Shown: positions 37,601-52,600 of the stretch, one piece after another
Numbering within the stretch: position 1 is the stretch's first letter
Layout of the letters: every line of letters starts with the position of its first letter
Assembly: GCA_002633005.1 (NCBI GenBank)
Contig: NMRA01000005.1
Location: 2,083,114 to 2,147,113, forward strand
Source of the DNA: Phoronis australis
Taxonomy: Eukaryota > Animalia > Phoronida
Length of the DNA: 64,000 nt
Direction of reading: 5' to 3'
The notes under the pieces: model-generated
Told to the model about the DNA's origin: nothing
Seen by the model: the letters and a program-made list of their open reading frames with translations, nothing else
Databases searched by the model: none
Program-made: the position numbers and the translations under genes

Positions 37601-40600
37601 ATTTGTTGCCAATTTGAATCACAGTTTTTCTTACAACATTTTCAGTTTTGTCAATTAAGTCATATTGGTTAGTTGCACTACCTGAATGTTGGTCGTGGGA
37701 TTGTTGTCATTTGTTTCCTTGTCTTTAAAGCTTGAAAAGAACATGTCTGCCAAGCTGACCACTAGTGATGAGAATGTATCCAGACAAGTTCTTCTCACTA
37801 GAGTGAGTTGGGGGGTACTGTCAGCTAGACAGCTATTGCGTGTTATGAGAAAACAAATCTTAAAAGCTGTTTTGCAATTTTTGTTTAATGAGTCTTTCGA
37901 CTTCTTAGATGTGTGTCATATTTATGATTTATTTACTATAATTATTTAATAGCTAAATGTGATCAACCTTGGTCATGCTTAGTTAAGCTTATTAATGAAT
38001 CAAATTAGTTTATATTTTTTTCCAAGCTTGAATTTCCTTACTCCCTTACTTAACATCGGTTGATTAACTTGAAAAAAACTGCCGATTAGCAAAATAAATT
38101 AGGCTTCTTGAAAAAAATTTGAATAACCTTGTTGGGCCAGTCATCCATTTCAAGATGAATTTTCAAGTTTCAAAAAAACTTGTTAGATTGAGTGAGATTG
38201 CTGGCCAGTAGCATAATTAGATTGAGTGAGATTGCTGGCCAGTAGCATTATTCAAGCTGACTATCTTTTAACGAATTCCAGCACCAAGCAAACCATCCTT
38301 TCTTACTAAATAGTAGTCAAAATAAACACATGGCCTGTTCACTTGACAAAGTCGTTCATCTGGTACACTCATTTTGTTAACATAAGAACATCTGCACGAC
38401 GCCTTGAATGCGGTTGGCCCAAAAAGCAGAGTGACATTGAACAAGTTTGAACAATCTTGTCCAACCTTGAAAAAGGTTAATATTTGCTTGTAGGATCATT
38501 CAAGCTTAAAAATTTTGTGTGGAATATGCGTTGTCTGAGCTTGGAGTGTTGCATATTGTATTAAATTGTAAAATGAATTGTTTTTAAGGTGTTGGACACT
38601 CTTCACAGACTAAGCACATTTCAAGTGTGTTTTGGTGTCGACAAATACAGGTGAGTTTGCAAGGGAAAACTTGTTAGTGCCATGTGCTGGGTGCTCACAA
38701 CTGTCTAATTGAATTATAATTCCAATTTTTATACTTAGGGCTGTTCCAGTAAAATCCGTGTGGGAGGGGGGGGACGGCAGTAGAAATAAAAATTCATGGG
38801 TGGTGGTCTTCAGAAAAAAACTCAAATTATGGGTGGTCGTTCTTGTAAGAAGTGATGCATTAAAAGTGGGTGGTATTTTTTGACCTGTTAATGTCAATAG
38901 GTTGGTTACTTCAGCTGTAAAAACTCAAAAATAAATGCAATTGTCCTAACTTATCCAAATACAAAAAAGCCCATATTGCCAGTGAACAGAGTGCAATATG
39001 TTCACTAAGCCATTAATCAAGTCATGGGCAACTCGATTTGAGCCAACTGTTTGTCTGCAGTCCTATTGAATTGAAAAGTTATGCAACACTGAACTGGTGT
39101 TAACACATATAAGAAAATTGATGATTTTTAAATAAAAAGTATGAGGAGTAAGATAAACAAGTTCCAATACTCACTTGACATAGAAGTATAGAAGAGTTCG
39201 TGGAGACAGTTTGAGATTCATAGATCCTTATAAATGAAAAAATGTTCATTGAAATTATAGACACATGGTGAACAGAGACACCTGGTGGCTGCCAAAAGTA
39301 TTGCTCACAGGCTGCTTTAGTTTTTGACAATATTGGACAAGACAACTAGTTCTTGTCTGTCAGTCATCTAAGTTCTTAACAGGTCCTCCTGGAGGCAATT
39401 TGTTATTTTAACCTATTAAAAATAATTAAAAAATTATGGGTCATGGGTTGGAGAAATAAATGAAAAATACGGGCGGTGGGTATGAAATAAAAGTGCCTTC
39501 CCCCCCCTCCCATACAGATTTTGCTGGAACAGCCCTTAGACAATTTTAATCATTCTGTACGCTCTTATTCCAATCTATGTTTAGAAGTTCAGAAATATCT
39601 GCTCATTAAGGAGGTGGCAGTCTCAACATTCTTTCAAGTTAAAAGAAGTACAGTACAAGACAGAAGTAACCAATAGAATACCGTTTTCTCAATCGCGATG
39701 GCTAATTCTGTTAAAAGCAAAATGGCTGGTTAAACCTGTTAATTCCCTACACTGAAGATAAATTTCACCTCAGCCCAGCCGTTGGAATTCAGAGCTGAGC
39801 TTGAAGTGTTTAAATGTGGTTGTTCAAAAGTCACTTGCTAACCGGCCTGACAGTAAGTGTGCCCAGAGCTTGTGTTGTCAAATAAGTTCTTTGGTGAACA
39901 CAGTACTGAGCACCAGTTCTCGCTTGCATGAACAGTCACAAATGGGGACTCAACTCCCCAACAAAGTTTCCTAAATCTACTGTGTCTTTGTGGTCTTGTG
40001 AAGACACTGGTTGTCTTTTCTTATGCTTTTTGATTCTCATTACTAAGTCATGTTTTGACTTGGATACAAATGAAGAGTGAACTCTACATTCTCAATAATA
40101 AGTAGGGATCTTGTCATGCAATGCTCCCAATTTAAGGACTGTCTCCAATTAGTTTGTCTGAATTAAGTACTCGGTTTTTATTATTAGAAATTGCCATAAG
40201 TCAAGGAGAAGCTCTTAATGAAGATAAAGTGATAGAGAAAGTATTACGTCTGTGAGCAAAGATTGAAACAAATTACCAAAAGATTTAGGGAGTTTAGTTG
40301 AATTCCTATGCAATCGCGCACAGAACCAGAATGGTGAGATGACTTTTATTAAGACTGTCTTATCCCGCTATTTCAGTGGTGCTAAATGGGATCGGTTTCT
40401 CAAGGTGAATTTGCTGAATGAAATGGTGCTGTGCCTCAAGAATGGCGATGTTTCATCAGCGTTTTCAATTTGGAACAGACATCAGGTGATCTTACATGTG
40501 TGGTAGTTACATGATTGTACTTTCATATTATAGTACTTTCTGTTGATTGTCTAGGTTTTTATAGGTAAATATTACAATTACCTCTGTAAGTTTTGACCTT

Positions 40601-43600
40601 GAATATTTATTTAGTTTGCAGTTGAAGTTATTGAGGCGACATATTACATTAGGATTTTGACGACGTATGTCCTTTTCAGTGTCAGTTTGAAGATTTCTTC
40701 AAATTACCAGCCATAGAAGCCATTTTATCCTCCATCTCAGAGCAAGTGTCGTCTGCCACACTCAAACCATGGCTGTCACATGACTTCATACCTTACGTCA
40801 TCAGGGTTTTGCCAACGGGTTTGGTAAGTTGTGTTATGATATATTATGTAGTCTTGTGAGTGTTTTTTTGACAACATGTTTTTAAAAAGTTGGTGAAAAT
40901 GTGTCAGAATGAAAATGAACGCAGTTGTGTGGAGCATAGAGACTTGTCTGGAAGAACTTCAATACATGTAACTAAGTGTTTAAGCCAAAAATAATCTGGC
41001 AAAATTTCCCCGTTCCCTCGTCTTAAGCCAGAAGGGTTATGCCTTTCAACTCCTCTGTGAACTCTGCTTGCGTTCAGTCACCCTTATTTTTGTAGTGTAC
41101 TGGATTATTGATTTCGAACATGAAGAATACAAATCTGGTGACTGCCTTAGTAAACGCTATCCAGTGTTTCCCTTGGGTTTCTAAAGGAGCGTGGTGGTGA
41201 ATGGCCAAAACGGGATGCAAAGCCCTTTGATGCATGCAAGTATGGGAAGTGGGATCCCTCTATTGCGTGGGTTTCTAAAAGAGCATGGTGGTGAATGGTT
41301 GCAGTGGATGCGGAACCCCGCGCCTCGGGAAAAATTGAAAAACTAGATGTAATTTGGTGCAGTCTAGTGCATTCTAAATGTGTACTCATCATAGGCAGGA
41401 CCTTAACCAGAGCATCATCCACTACGTGATGTACATAGAACGAAAACAAATTTTTAAGCATAATAAAGTAATATGTACGTATAACAAAATTTCGGTTAAT
41501 ACCGTCTTGCTTAACATAAATCAGTTGGATCAGCGTTAGCTAGCATAGCAGACAATGNAACGCAGTTGTGTGGAGCATAGAGACTTGTCTGGAAGAACTT
41601 CAATACATGTAACTAAGTGTTTAAGCCAAAAATAATCTGGCAAAATTTCCCCGTTCCCTCGTCTTAAGCCAGAAGGGTTATGCCTTTCAACTCCTCTGTG
41701 AACTCTGCTTGCGTTCAGTCACCCTTATTTTTGTAGTGTACTGGATTATTGATTTCGAACATGAAGAATACAAATCTGGTGACTGGCTTAGTAAACGCTA
41801 TCCAGTGTTTCCCTTGGGTTTCTAAAGGAGCGTGGTGGTGAATGGCCAAAACGGGATGTAAAGCCCTTTGATGCATGCAAGTATGGGAAGTGGGATCCCT
41901 CTATTGCATGGGTTTCTAAAGGAGCATGGTGGTGAATGGCCAAAATGGGATGCAAAGCCCTTTGCCGCATGCAAGTGTAGGAGGTGGGATACCCCTATTG
42001 CTTGGGTTTCAAAAGGAACATGGTGGTGAATGGTTGCAGTGGATGCGGAACCCCGCGCCTCGGGAAAAATTGAAAAACTAGATGTAATTTGGTGCAGTCT
42101 AGTGCATTCTAAATGTGTACTCATCATAGGCAGGACCTTAACCTGAGCATCATCCACTACGTGATGTACATAGAACGAAAACAAATTTTTAAGCATAATA
42201 AAGTAATATGTATAACAAAATTTTGGTTAATACCGTCTTGCTTAACATAAATCAGTTGGATCAGCGTTAGCTAGCATAGCAGACAATGTATGATCCAGCT
42301 ACGAAATATAATAAAACAGAGGGGGAACTCAAAATCCGATTTGATATGTTTCCCATTCGATCCACAAACCAAGAAAGTAACCACGCGACTTGTGCGTATT
42401 CATTTATTACGAGTGATTATTGTTATTACTAGTGATTATTATTATTACTAGTGATTATTATTATTACTAGTGATTATTATTATTACTAGTGATTATTATT
42501 ATTACTAGTGATTATTATTATTACTAGTGATTATTATTATTACTAGTGATTTTTGCATGGCAGTGAATTTTTCCCCATCACGATTAGGTGTGTGCCAGTT
42601 GATTTTGAAATATTTAATATGTATTTGATGGTAAAGAGTAAAGTTTTGTGGTAGCATGTAGCTGATGTGAGTGTATGACTGCACTGACGGGATGAATCCC
42701 TTCTTTGCTGTTCAAGGGAACGTATCAGATTGTCAGGACAGAAATCTTTTCAGACTTGAAATCCCTGGGTCTTGTCGTGTCACCTACAGGTGATGTGTGG
42801 GAAACTTTGCACGGTTTGACTGATGTTCCAAGACAGTGATCTTACTACAATGCTTTGACCGTCTCGTTTTTGTAGGAAAGTGTTGCAAAATGGCTAGAAG
42901 AAAGGGCAAAAGGCTTAGAAATTTTGGAGAAGGTTGGTAAAGGTTTAACATATTTTGAGTGCAGTAATAACAGCAGCATCATTGTGTGTACTTAGAGTAG
43001 TTATAAACCCATTTCCATCCAAACTTAGATATAGGCTACTTACTCTAAGGTAGTTGGTCTCGAACTGTTCCTGAGCTATATTGGAAATACTTTCATTGAT
43101 TCAAAAGAATCTACCTGAAATTTCGTGACCTTTGTCTGAAGAAATAACTCACTGTCTGTTCTTCACTAGCCCAGAGATCACATCTAAACTGAGTAAGGAA
43201 CAAGGCAAGATCAATTTTGTAGCAGTAAGTGGTCTTCATTAAAACTTGTTTTTTCTGACAGAAAACACGAGCTTAATGCCGCTTTATTTGAGATTTTCCT
43301 ATTTTTTGTTTTCAAAGTCCTTGATGACTGTACCCAAGTTCTTATTATAACTGAAAGCCACTGTAAGGCATGCTCTGGTGTCAATATCAAGTTTCGTCAC
43401 AGACGTATTTGCACCTCCAGTGCAATGTCACTGCATTCCTATCCTTTATTTGACTGTACCAAAACTGATTTTACTACGGTTATGTGGGACCTTATCTACT
43501 AGTCTGTGTATTCAGTTAAATATTAATATATACAAGACTTTAGTACAATTGAACTCAAGAAATGCATATATTTTCTGAAAGCAAAAAGCCTGTGGAATCT

Positions 43601-46600
43601 GATTTTTAACTTCATGGTACCAATATGCCGTTGATTGGGGTCACATGACTATATATCTTTTTAGTGCAGTTTAGCAAAGCAGAAGGGTGCAATTTTATCA
43701 AAACGTTCGTTTGATACACATGTTTAAAATGTAATCTCAAAAAATGTTACAATTTTCTAAGTTCACCATATACAACTTTCCATTATTTTATAAAAATTTG
43801 TGTTTGAAAATTTCATATGAATGCATTCCCGAAATATGAGGCTCTAAAATAGCCAAATTTGGGCATTTTTGAGGGGCTTTACATAATCTTAATTAATTCA
43901 CTGATATCCAACCTGCCTGAAACTAATACACCATGACAAGCCACTTAATGGTCTCCATCTGAATCAATAAGGACAATCATGTCAATTTTTTCGCAGCCCA
44001 GCAATCATTATTAATTTTGTCTTTAGTTAGTAAGGAAAATGATGGGACCAATTTTATAACTGTTTTAACAGTAGGTGGCTTAAATCCGAAGCTTTTAGTT
44101 TATTGCCTTTTAACTTCTGAATAAGATCTGTATCAGATGCCACGCAAAAGTTCATTCTTTTGGATTATAAGAAAATCCAAAAAGTGTCACATATGAGTAA
44201 ATGTCTTACATTCCAAGCAGTAATCACAATAGTTTGTCAAGTCTCCTGTCTTCGCTGTGGGCTGGGGTTGATTTAGTTGTAGCTCTAGTGTGGAAGAATT
44301 CTTGTATGTTGTTCTGGTTGGTAGGAGAGATCATTGCCTGGTTCTAGAGAATAATATGACAAGCATGCGAACGTAATATTTAAATCCCTTTACAGGCTGG
44401 CTGGCCTGAGAATGGCCTGTCATTGGCTCAAGTGTTGCAGGATTGTTGTGCATCGTGTAGCCAAAATATAGGGGACCGAGGACTGTCCACTCCTGCACAG
44501 TTTGTGGCTAAGGTTTGTGTTCGGTTAGATTACACACTTTTGTGTTATTATGTTTCAAGTTAAACAATTTTATCAAAATGAGCTTTGTAATGTATATTAT
44601 AAGCAAGAAACATCTCACTAAAACATTTTGCTTTTGCATCAACCTCTGAGGTAGTCTTAAGTCATAGCGCTGAGCATGGAATTAAAAAAAATGTGTTTTA
44701 ACAACGCCATAACGTCGGAGATTTTGCGTATTGTTGTAGACCCAGAATTCTAAGACTGGTGCCTTCGGACAACTACAGTTCTTAGTGGCATCTCTGAAAG
44801 ACCTTCTATGTCTGCACAGACGTTACAACTGCAAACTATCACTGACACAGTATCTGAAGGTTAGTCTTGGTTATTGCTTCACTTAATGTGTGCTCGTTAC
44901 TCTTGCCTTCCAAAGTGGCAGTTGCAGGCACTTTTACAATGAAATACACTCTTCAGTGTATGGTCAGTAGAGTATCATCAAGGAATTAATTGAAAGCATA
45001 GTAAGTGAATCCCTTACACAAATTAGTGTCCAGCAGTTCATTTGTTGTCCTGTCAGCTGCTCTCATGGCCCTGCTGTTCATTTCTTGTCCTGTCATCTGT
45101 TCTATGATTCATTGCTCACTGGCATCATGGCATCATGCTGGTTATCTTGTGAACAAGAATGGATGCATCTTGTCTTTTATTGCGTGATGAAAGTTTTCTT
45201 GTCATATATTTCTTGAATGCACTCCTTTCTCGCTGAGATTTATGTTGGTTTTATTGAGAGTCACAGAACATAATATGCACCAATTAAATTCTATGATCTG
45301 TCTTACATTGGCTGTATAATTGTATTTAGTACTTTACACACTGTTTTGATTACTGTATGTTTAGCAAATACTTGCTTTATAGATACTGGGTAGTATTTTT
45401 CACATTGTGCCAAGTGACTGAGTGCTTGATTGAACCTAAGTACATGTACATGATATTCTCCAGGAAACAACAGAAAGCATCACATACCGTATGCTGGACA
45501 GAGTGGTGGCTCTGGAGTTGATCCCACAGGTGATCCGAGACGACATCAAACCTTACATGAAGGAACATGGACTGATGGAAGATAAGATGCTCTTCCAATA
45601 TGTACAGGTCACTTGAAATATATTCTGCAGATCATCTCACAGGGTGTGCCAAAATTAGTTGACTCTATAATTAAAACCTAATAGAGTAAAGAAGGATTTT
45701 TAATTGGTGAAATGTTCTTCAAATGCAAATTATGTTTCATCCTTTTTTAGTTATTGATTTGGAAGTGAATTTGATTGTCTTTTATTGGGGAAGTGTTAAT
45801 TAAAAATAACAACTCTGGGGGACACTTTGATTCACAGTTAGGGGTCTCTTGTTCTTGATTGATGTTTCCACAATGAAAACGTGATGCTCACCCATCCAAT
45901 TCATTTTGGCAATCCAAAAAGAAATCAAACAAAAGGGATCATTTAGACTAGTAAATACAATTATTTCAAGAAAATTAGTTTGTTCTTTGTTCTTTGCTCT
46001 ATTTGACAGTTATTAGACCTACATATTATCTGTAAGACCATTTTACTGCACCCTGTACTATTCTGGACATGTATGTCTTCTAATTCTTACCAACGCTCTT
46101 TTTAAAGAGTAAATTTTTAAGCTGAGATAAGTGAAACTTAATAACCTTTTCAAAAACAACTTAGAATTGTCATAAATCTCAGTTTTTTCTGTCCCTGTTT
46201 GTTTTAGATTTTGGTTTTCTGAAGTAAGCTGACCACTTGATAGTAAATACTTCAATCTATAGTTAGCAGTTTGTCCGTTTTATTCCCCTTTTGCTTTTAA
46301 CTTTGTTGCAATAGGTCCAATCCTCATTTGAAGTTAAAACTTCAGTTATCTTGTTATAATGCTTGATCAATCACAGTTGACAGTTATTGATCAAGTGATT
46401 TATTTGTTTGCTTGCTTTTTGATTGATTGTTCCTGCTGCTACAGGATGTGCTTCAGAGAGCAGGAAGGACACGGTCTTATGCATCTACGTGGGAGGCAAA
46501 GGCCATCACTGTCATCAAGTGTATTCGTGACCCTCAGGTAGTGACTGACCTGTGAACTTTGAACTTGCTGGGTGTAAATTACTGATTTTGGAAGGCCGAC

Positions 46601-49600
46601 GTAAATTTGTAGGAAACCTTATTAATGCATGTCTAACTGAGCACAACTTTAAGTTTGTAGTTGAACTGTCCAAAATTTGTGTCCTCTCGTACGTAATAGC
46701 AGAAATGGTAGTAGTGATCTGAGACCGATCAGTCCTATTCAAGAGTTGTTGCTCACAATGAATATTGGACTCCTGTATAGTACTGAGACAAGTCTTTATT
46801 GCTACCTCCTAATTATGAGAGGACAGGTATGTGTACGATTTATTTACAAAGTGGTTTTCGATTAAACGTCAATTACTGAAGCAGTAAAGTTAATTGAATA
46901 ATTATCTTGTAAACAGAAATTGATCTCAGTTATTATGAGTTACATTTTTTCATGTTTTACAATATTTTTGTGTTTTAGATGAGATTAAGCTGAAAGTTTT
47001 ACTTCAATATGTAAAGTTGCAGTACCCAAGTTTGACAAATTAAACTGAATTTTTTTATTATGTTATTCATCTAAACGTCATCGATTCAGGTACAAAAAAT
47101 TCCCAAAGTTGAATGTCCACGCATCATCATGTCCATGCATTTTCCAACCATGATGACAGGTCAGAATCTTCTGGGTACATGATTAATTATTAGAGAATGT
47201 TGTTTTATTCACCAAGCTATGATCAGTGACTTTAGGGAATTCGATGTATTTGCATGCACCTAACTATGCTAACGACAACACTATTTTAATGTAATCTAGG
47301 CTGAACAAAGTAAAGTTGTTTTCACTGACAACTTAATGTGAACACCAAAAATTCTGCAAGTAGGTGACCTTTGCACTAATGATGTACCTCGCGGGCTCAC
47401 ATAGCCTGCATCTTGCTGTGTTATTCCCCACCACCATGTCACGATACTTACTGGACACTAGTTGGTGATTTTTTTCCAGTACAAATGTGAAGCCATTCTG
47501 AAGATGATGACTGGGGCCTTTATCCCGTGGTCCAATCAGATGGAGGTTCTTGTTGAGGAAGGCTTGTCATTGGACCATCCTCGTGTCAGTGACATCAAGG
47601 AGCAGTGTCGGGTCATCGACTTGATGAAGATGTTGACTAAATATGAGCTGAAAAATTTTGTACCCGATGCCCACTGTGCACAGGTGAGAACCCAATCTAT
47701 GGCATGCAGTATGAATTTCTTTTACGTAATTTGTTAATTAATACACGCAAGGTGCGTTGTGCAGTTTTCAACAATGAAATTGGGACCATACTGGAAGGTA
47801 GAAGCTCTACGCTTGACCTGGTGTTCAGCGTGGTCAAGTTATGATCACCTTCTCTTTTTACAGACCCTTGTGTACTACATTCTAACTCAAGACATGGAGG
47901 ACTCAATGGTTGATGCTCTCAAGGTCGTGTCAGCGTACAGTCATCTGACTGACATTGAGGCCTACTGCTTCCGCTTGCGGCAGCTCATTTCAAAGAACAA
48001 GGTGAGTTCAGGATATATGAATTTGATTTTGTTGACATACAGGATCGCTGAATGAACTTATGCTGTGGTGTGAGAGGGGTCAAAGTACATTCATGTAGGC
48101 TATGCTATGTGTCAAGAACTTAAGAACATTTTAGAACCTCATAATCACAATGTGCTTTTCTTTACAACTTATTTTTGACACATTGTACAAAATGCAAAAA
48201 GTTCTCAAATTCGGAGATGTGTGGGAATGTCTAGGAATATTATGGAGATGGTTCTTAAATGCTACAATTGTAAAGCTTTAAAGTCTGCTGAAAAAATAAT
48301 TTATCGTTGATTTCCTCTCCTACAACCATTAACAACATCATGTTAATCCAGTTGTTTCAGTGATGAAATAAGTATATTGCTGTTTGAGTGTGGGGTGGGA
48401 TGCAAGAATATCTTGATGTTAAAGGAAGGTTCCAAGATGGAGCTGAAAGCTCTGTGCCCTGAAGAACTAAAGACTTTGAAGAACCTTTTGTAATACTCGA
48501 TAACATTATTGTTCACTTTCTATTGACCAGATGTCTGAAGTGTACAGCCTGGTCCATTCACTAGCTGACCAAACAAGACGCGTTGTTGCCAAACGAATTA
48601 TTGCTCACACCGTTGTCCTGCTGAATGATACAGTAAACTTTGATCCAGAGGTAAGTCTTAATCAGAACCTTCAAAAAACACAGTGATGTTTTCTACTTAA
48701 GCAAAGTGTGATTAAATTCTTCATTCTGAGCATATGTCCAGTTTGCACAGCTGGTTAAAGCATTGAACACTACTTCCCTTAGTGCCCAGATATCACATTT
48801 GAACAATGAAGCATCGCATTTGAAATTAATCTAGCTTTGACTGTTTTTTGAATGGTAAAGGTGGATCAAAGGTAACTAAGTGGTTTTTGTTCTTTTATGA
48901 AGAGGTCTGTGCCAAAAATATGAGGTTAATGCGCAGGCTGACACTACCGATTGTGATGCCAAATTGACTGTTGTCTAGTACTTTTCATGGTCTTTTTAGC
49001 TCCTTAGCTTTTTGTCAGAATTATGGTGCTCTTGATTTTCAAAACAGTTTAAAAAGTTAGAGCAATATCTGATGATCATAATATTAATTGTTCTTTATTT
49101 TTGTAATGCACCCAAATGGCAACATCATTGGTGCCTGGCAGCAACTTTTTTTAATGGACAAACTGATTAGATCTTAATGATTCAAGTTGATGTGAGCATT
49201 GTCTTCTTTCGTAATATTTTGTCTTTGACACCATTACAAAAGATCTTGTACATACTGACTGCACTGCTTCACTGAGACCACTATTGATCTTAGTCTAGGC
49301 CCAGTAGACCCCTGTAAGTGCAGCATGCCCTAATAATACTGTGACTATACCATTTATAATTATACCTTGATAAACACAATATCTAGGCCACACAGTTGGA
49401 GAAGACCCTATACGTACGAGGTGCACTAATAATGCTACGACTGCTACTAGCATACCCCAGCGACCCAGATCATGAAGATCTCCAGTCCTTGCATAGTGAA
49501 CTACGCTTTGTGCAAGAGCTTCAGCAGCAATACGGCGAGTTCATCACGCTGCATTCCTACCGATGTGCCGAGTTCAGGAAGAATCTGTTACGGAAACATG

Positions 49601-52600
49601 TCGAGGCCTTCTTCACTGGAAAAGCTGGTGGGAAAGATAAGAAAGGTGACCAGATGGGAGAGCGTAAACAGGGCTCCAGTAGCGCCACCTACTGTCGACT
49701 GTACAGGTGGGTATAATTTGGCAGGGCCTTTTTTGTCTGTTTTCCCATCCTCGTAGCTTTAATCCATAGCACATCTTTGTTTGCTCATGAACTGTCTCCA
49801 TTAATTGCTGAGTTTTTCTTCTCCCAGATTTTCTGAAGGGTGTTACGTAACAAATCGTCTGCAGCTAGATCTCCTGTATGTCTACCAAATACAATGTAAA
49901 ATGCATGTTGTATGAATCATTTGGTGAATATTAGACATTCAGTCCATAAGTATAGAAAATAACCTGATCCTGGGAGTCTTACAGCTCTTTTCTATATGTT
50001 GTACGACTTCGTTTTGATAAAATTTGTGCTTAAACTTTAGCTGTAGGAGGTGATTTTTATGCATTGTGTCTCAACTCTGCTTATTGAAAATTGTGAACGT
50101 TGTTTTTTTCTGTTAATTAATGGTTATTACATTCATTGTCTACCACTTCTGTTCAAAGGTTGGCCGAAGTATTACAAGTGACCAGTGACACACTGCGTGG
50201 TCAGTTGGCAGTAATCGCAGCCACTTCAGGAGAGGTAACCACTGCCATTAAAATTTGTAGGTGAGTGATATAAATCTTAATTCCGAATTCCACTCATACG
50301 AGTTGTTGATTTTCACTACATGATCACTTAAAGATGAAGCTCATAAATATCTGACACTTGATAGCTTACATCTCTTCATGTAATAAACTGATAATCAAAT
50401 TAAAATGGTTTAGAAATTTCAACAAGAAGGCAAAGTTTTCATTTTTTTCACTGATAACTAGTTTATGTCCTCTTTAGTACAATCCTTCACTTAGGTAAAA
50501 TAGGTAAAATCTTACTTCATTCGCTTTAAAAAAAAACATTTTGACAAACATACAGCCCAAGTGGTTTTGAAGTCCGAACAATTGTTGATCCCCTCTCTTG
50601 TAAAGGGTGTGGTTTGTTTTCTCAAAACATGAACATTGTGAATGGTTCCTCTCTGGTGCTCTGCAATTCTTCAAGACTCAACGACTGTGCCGCGTTTAGA
50701 ACACCTCGATGATAATTGCATGAGACTGAACAGTCCCTTCTTATAGTCAGTTTCAAGTACTTTAGCAGTCTCATAATATATAGTTGAGAAAACACTACTT
50801 CTTGCTATTTATGGATCATCCTACCTCCATCTGTAGAGAGCTGTTTGAGCTTGCTCCATGCCCAGACACTGCCAAGGTCATCTACAAGGTCGTCCATTCT
50901 GTGTGCTCCCTCTACACTAATGAAGACAATCTTGAGAGACTCCATCTTGTGCAAAGATTGCCTCAATTGTTGCTGGAGCTCGCCAATAATGCTGTCACCA
51001 TCTGCTCGCCAGGTATTTGTAAACAGCTCCAAGTATTTGGTTTTAAATATTCAGTGCTAACAAATATTCAGATGTCAAGACTATTTAATATGCAAAAAAT
51101 TCTTGCTCAAAGTCACCATCAGCTGCATAAGTTTGAGCACTATGTAGTTGTATGATTTTGATAGTTGTTCAGGAAATCAAAAGAAACGAAAAAAGTCCAG
51201 CTAAACCTTGCTTTAGTGGTTTTCATTTTGTACTCAGTTTGCAGAATTGATGCGATTTTGTGACGACATCAAAGGATGGCATCACTTTCCAGGCCTTTTA
51301 GAGGTTGAGTGCTGGTTGTTCACATTAAACCCTCAGAATCTTTGATCTATAATAATTTATGAGGTTGTGTTGTACTTCATTATGACGATAGTGTTCAGGT
51401 GTCTTTCTATGTTTTACAAAAATATGATATAACATCATGTTGAATTGCAAACATTTTTAAATCTGGTCTGCACGCCACCTATTGGCCACATCACGTGACC
51501 GAATTATCATAAGTCTGGAAAGATTTTTGCCCTCGACCGGACCTATCAGACGTACGCTCATTAAGTCATGTGATGTGGCCAACAGGAGGCGTGCAGACCA
51601 GACCTGACTTTGTGATTTATGTTTACGCACTGGTTCAAGATTTAGATAATTATATTGTGTTGTATTGTTAGTGCATTGTGACTGTCCGTGTACAACTTCA
51701 CTGGCATTGGAAACAATCTTCATTTGGGTTGAAAATTAAGGGTACTTTTGCTATTTTTTGTAAAGGGATTATGAAGCACCTAATTTTGGACTGTGTACTT
51801 ATTTTGGACTAGGGTAAATAATGAAGTTTTAACTAAAGTGAGATATTCATTTGTCAGCACACTGCCCTGCAGCAATGTTATCCTAAGCTTTTCTGATAAA
51901 CAACATTTTTTTGTAAAAACACCATTTCACTATTGTGTGAACAGTTTGTTCATTGCCAGAAGTTTGTTAGGAAAGTAATGCTCTCGAGCACCTTCATCAA
52001 GTCGAATACTATTTATTATTAGCGAAAAGTGTAGTGCTCGTATTAAGTCAAATTTTAATCAATAGAAAAGAGATTATATGTGACTTTAAAACTATTGTTT
52101 TGAGTAGTCAACAGGATTAGGTGTGAGTGTGCGTGTGTGTGTGTGCGTGTGCGTGTGTGTGTGTGTGAATTGTTGTCCTTTTGTCAATGTATAAAAAGCT
52201 ATGAACATAATTATTTATCTGTTGCTACAGATCTGCTGGGTGACTGTCTGGAGTTGTGCAAGTGTGTCTCTCTGCTGGCGGATGTCAGTTCACAGTGTGA
52301 GAGTGGTGACTATGATCATGCTGTACAGGTATGGGATAATGTGTAGTTTTGTTATCCATGTTACAGCTGGCAATAACACCATGTTGATGTCAGTTTACAG
52401 TGTGAGAGTGGTGACTATGATCATGCTGTACAGGTATGGGATAATGCTTTGTTTTGTTATCCATGCCTGATATTGATATCTGGACGGTTTTGACTTCTGT
52501 GGAAACCCTAGCCCTTTTTTCATCAGTAGCTCTATATCCGAAGCCCCTTGAATGATCTTTGTGAAATTTGGCAAATGTATTCCAAATGAACTTGAAAACA

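Noticed and set aside
41147-42196. Duplicated minus-strand ORFs
   Set aside because: Intronic repeat with ~88-bp units, duplicated by assembly; no domain.
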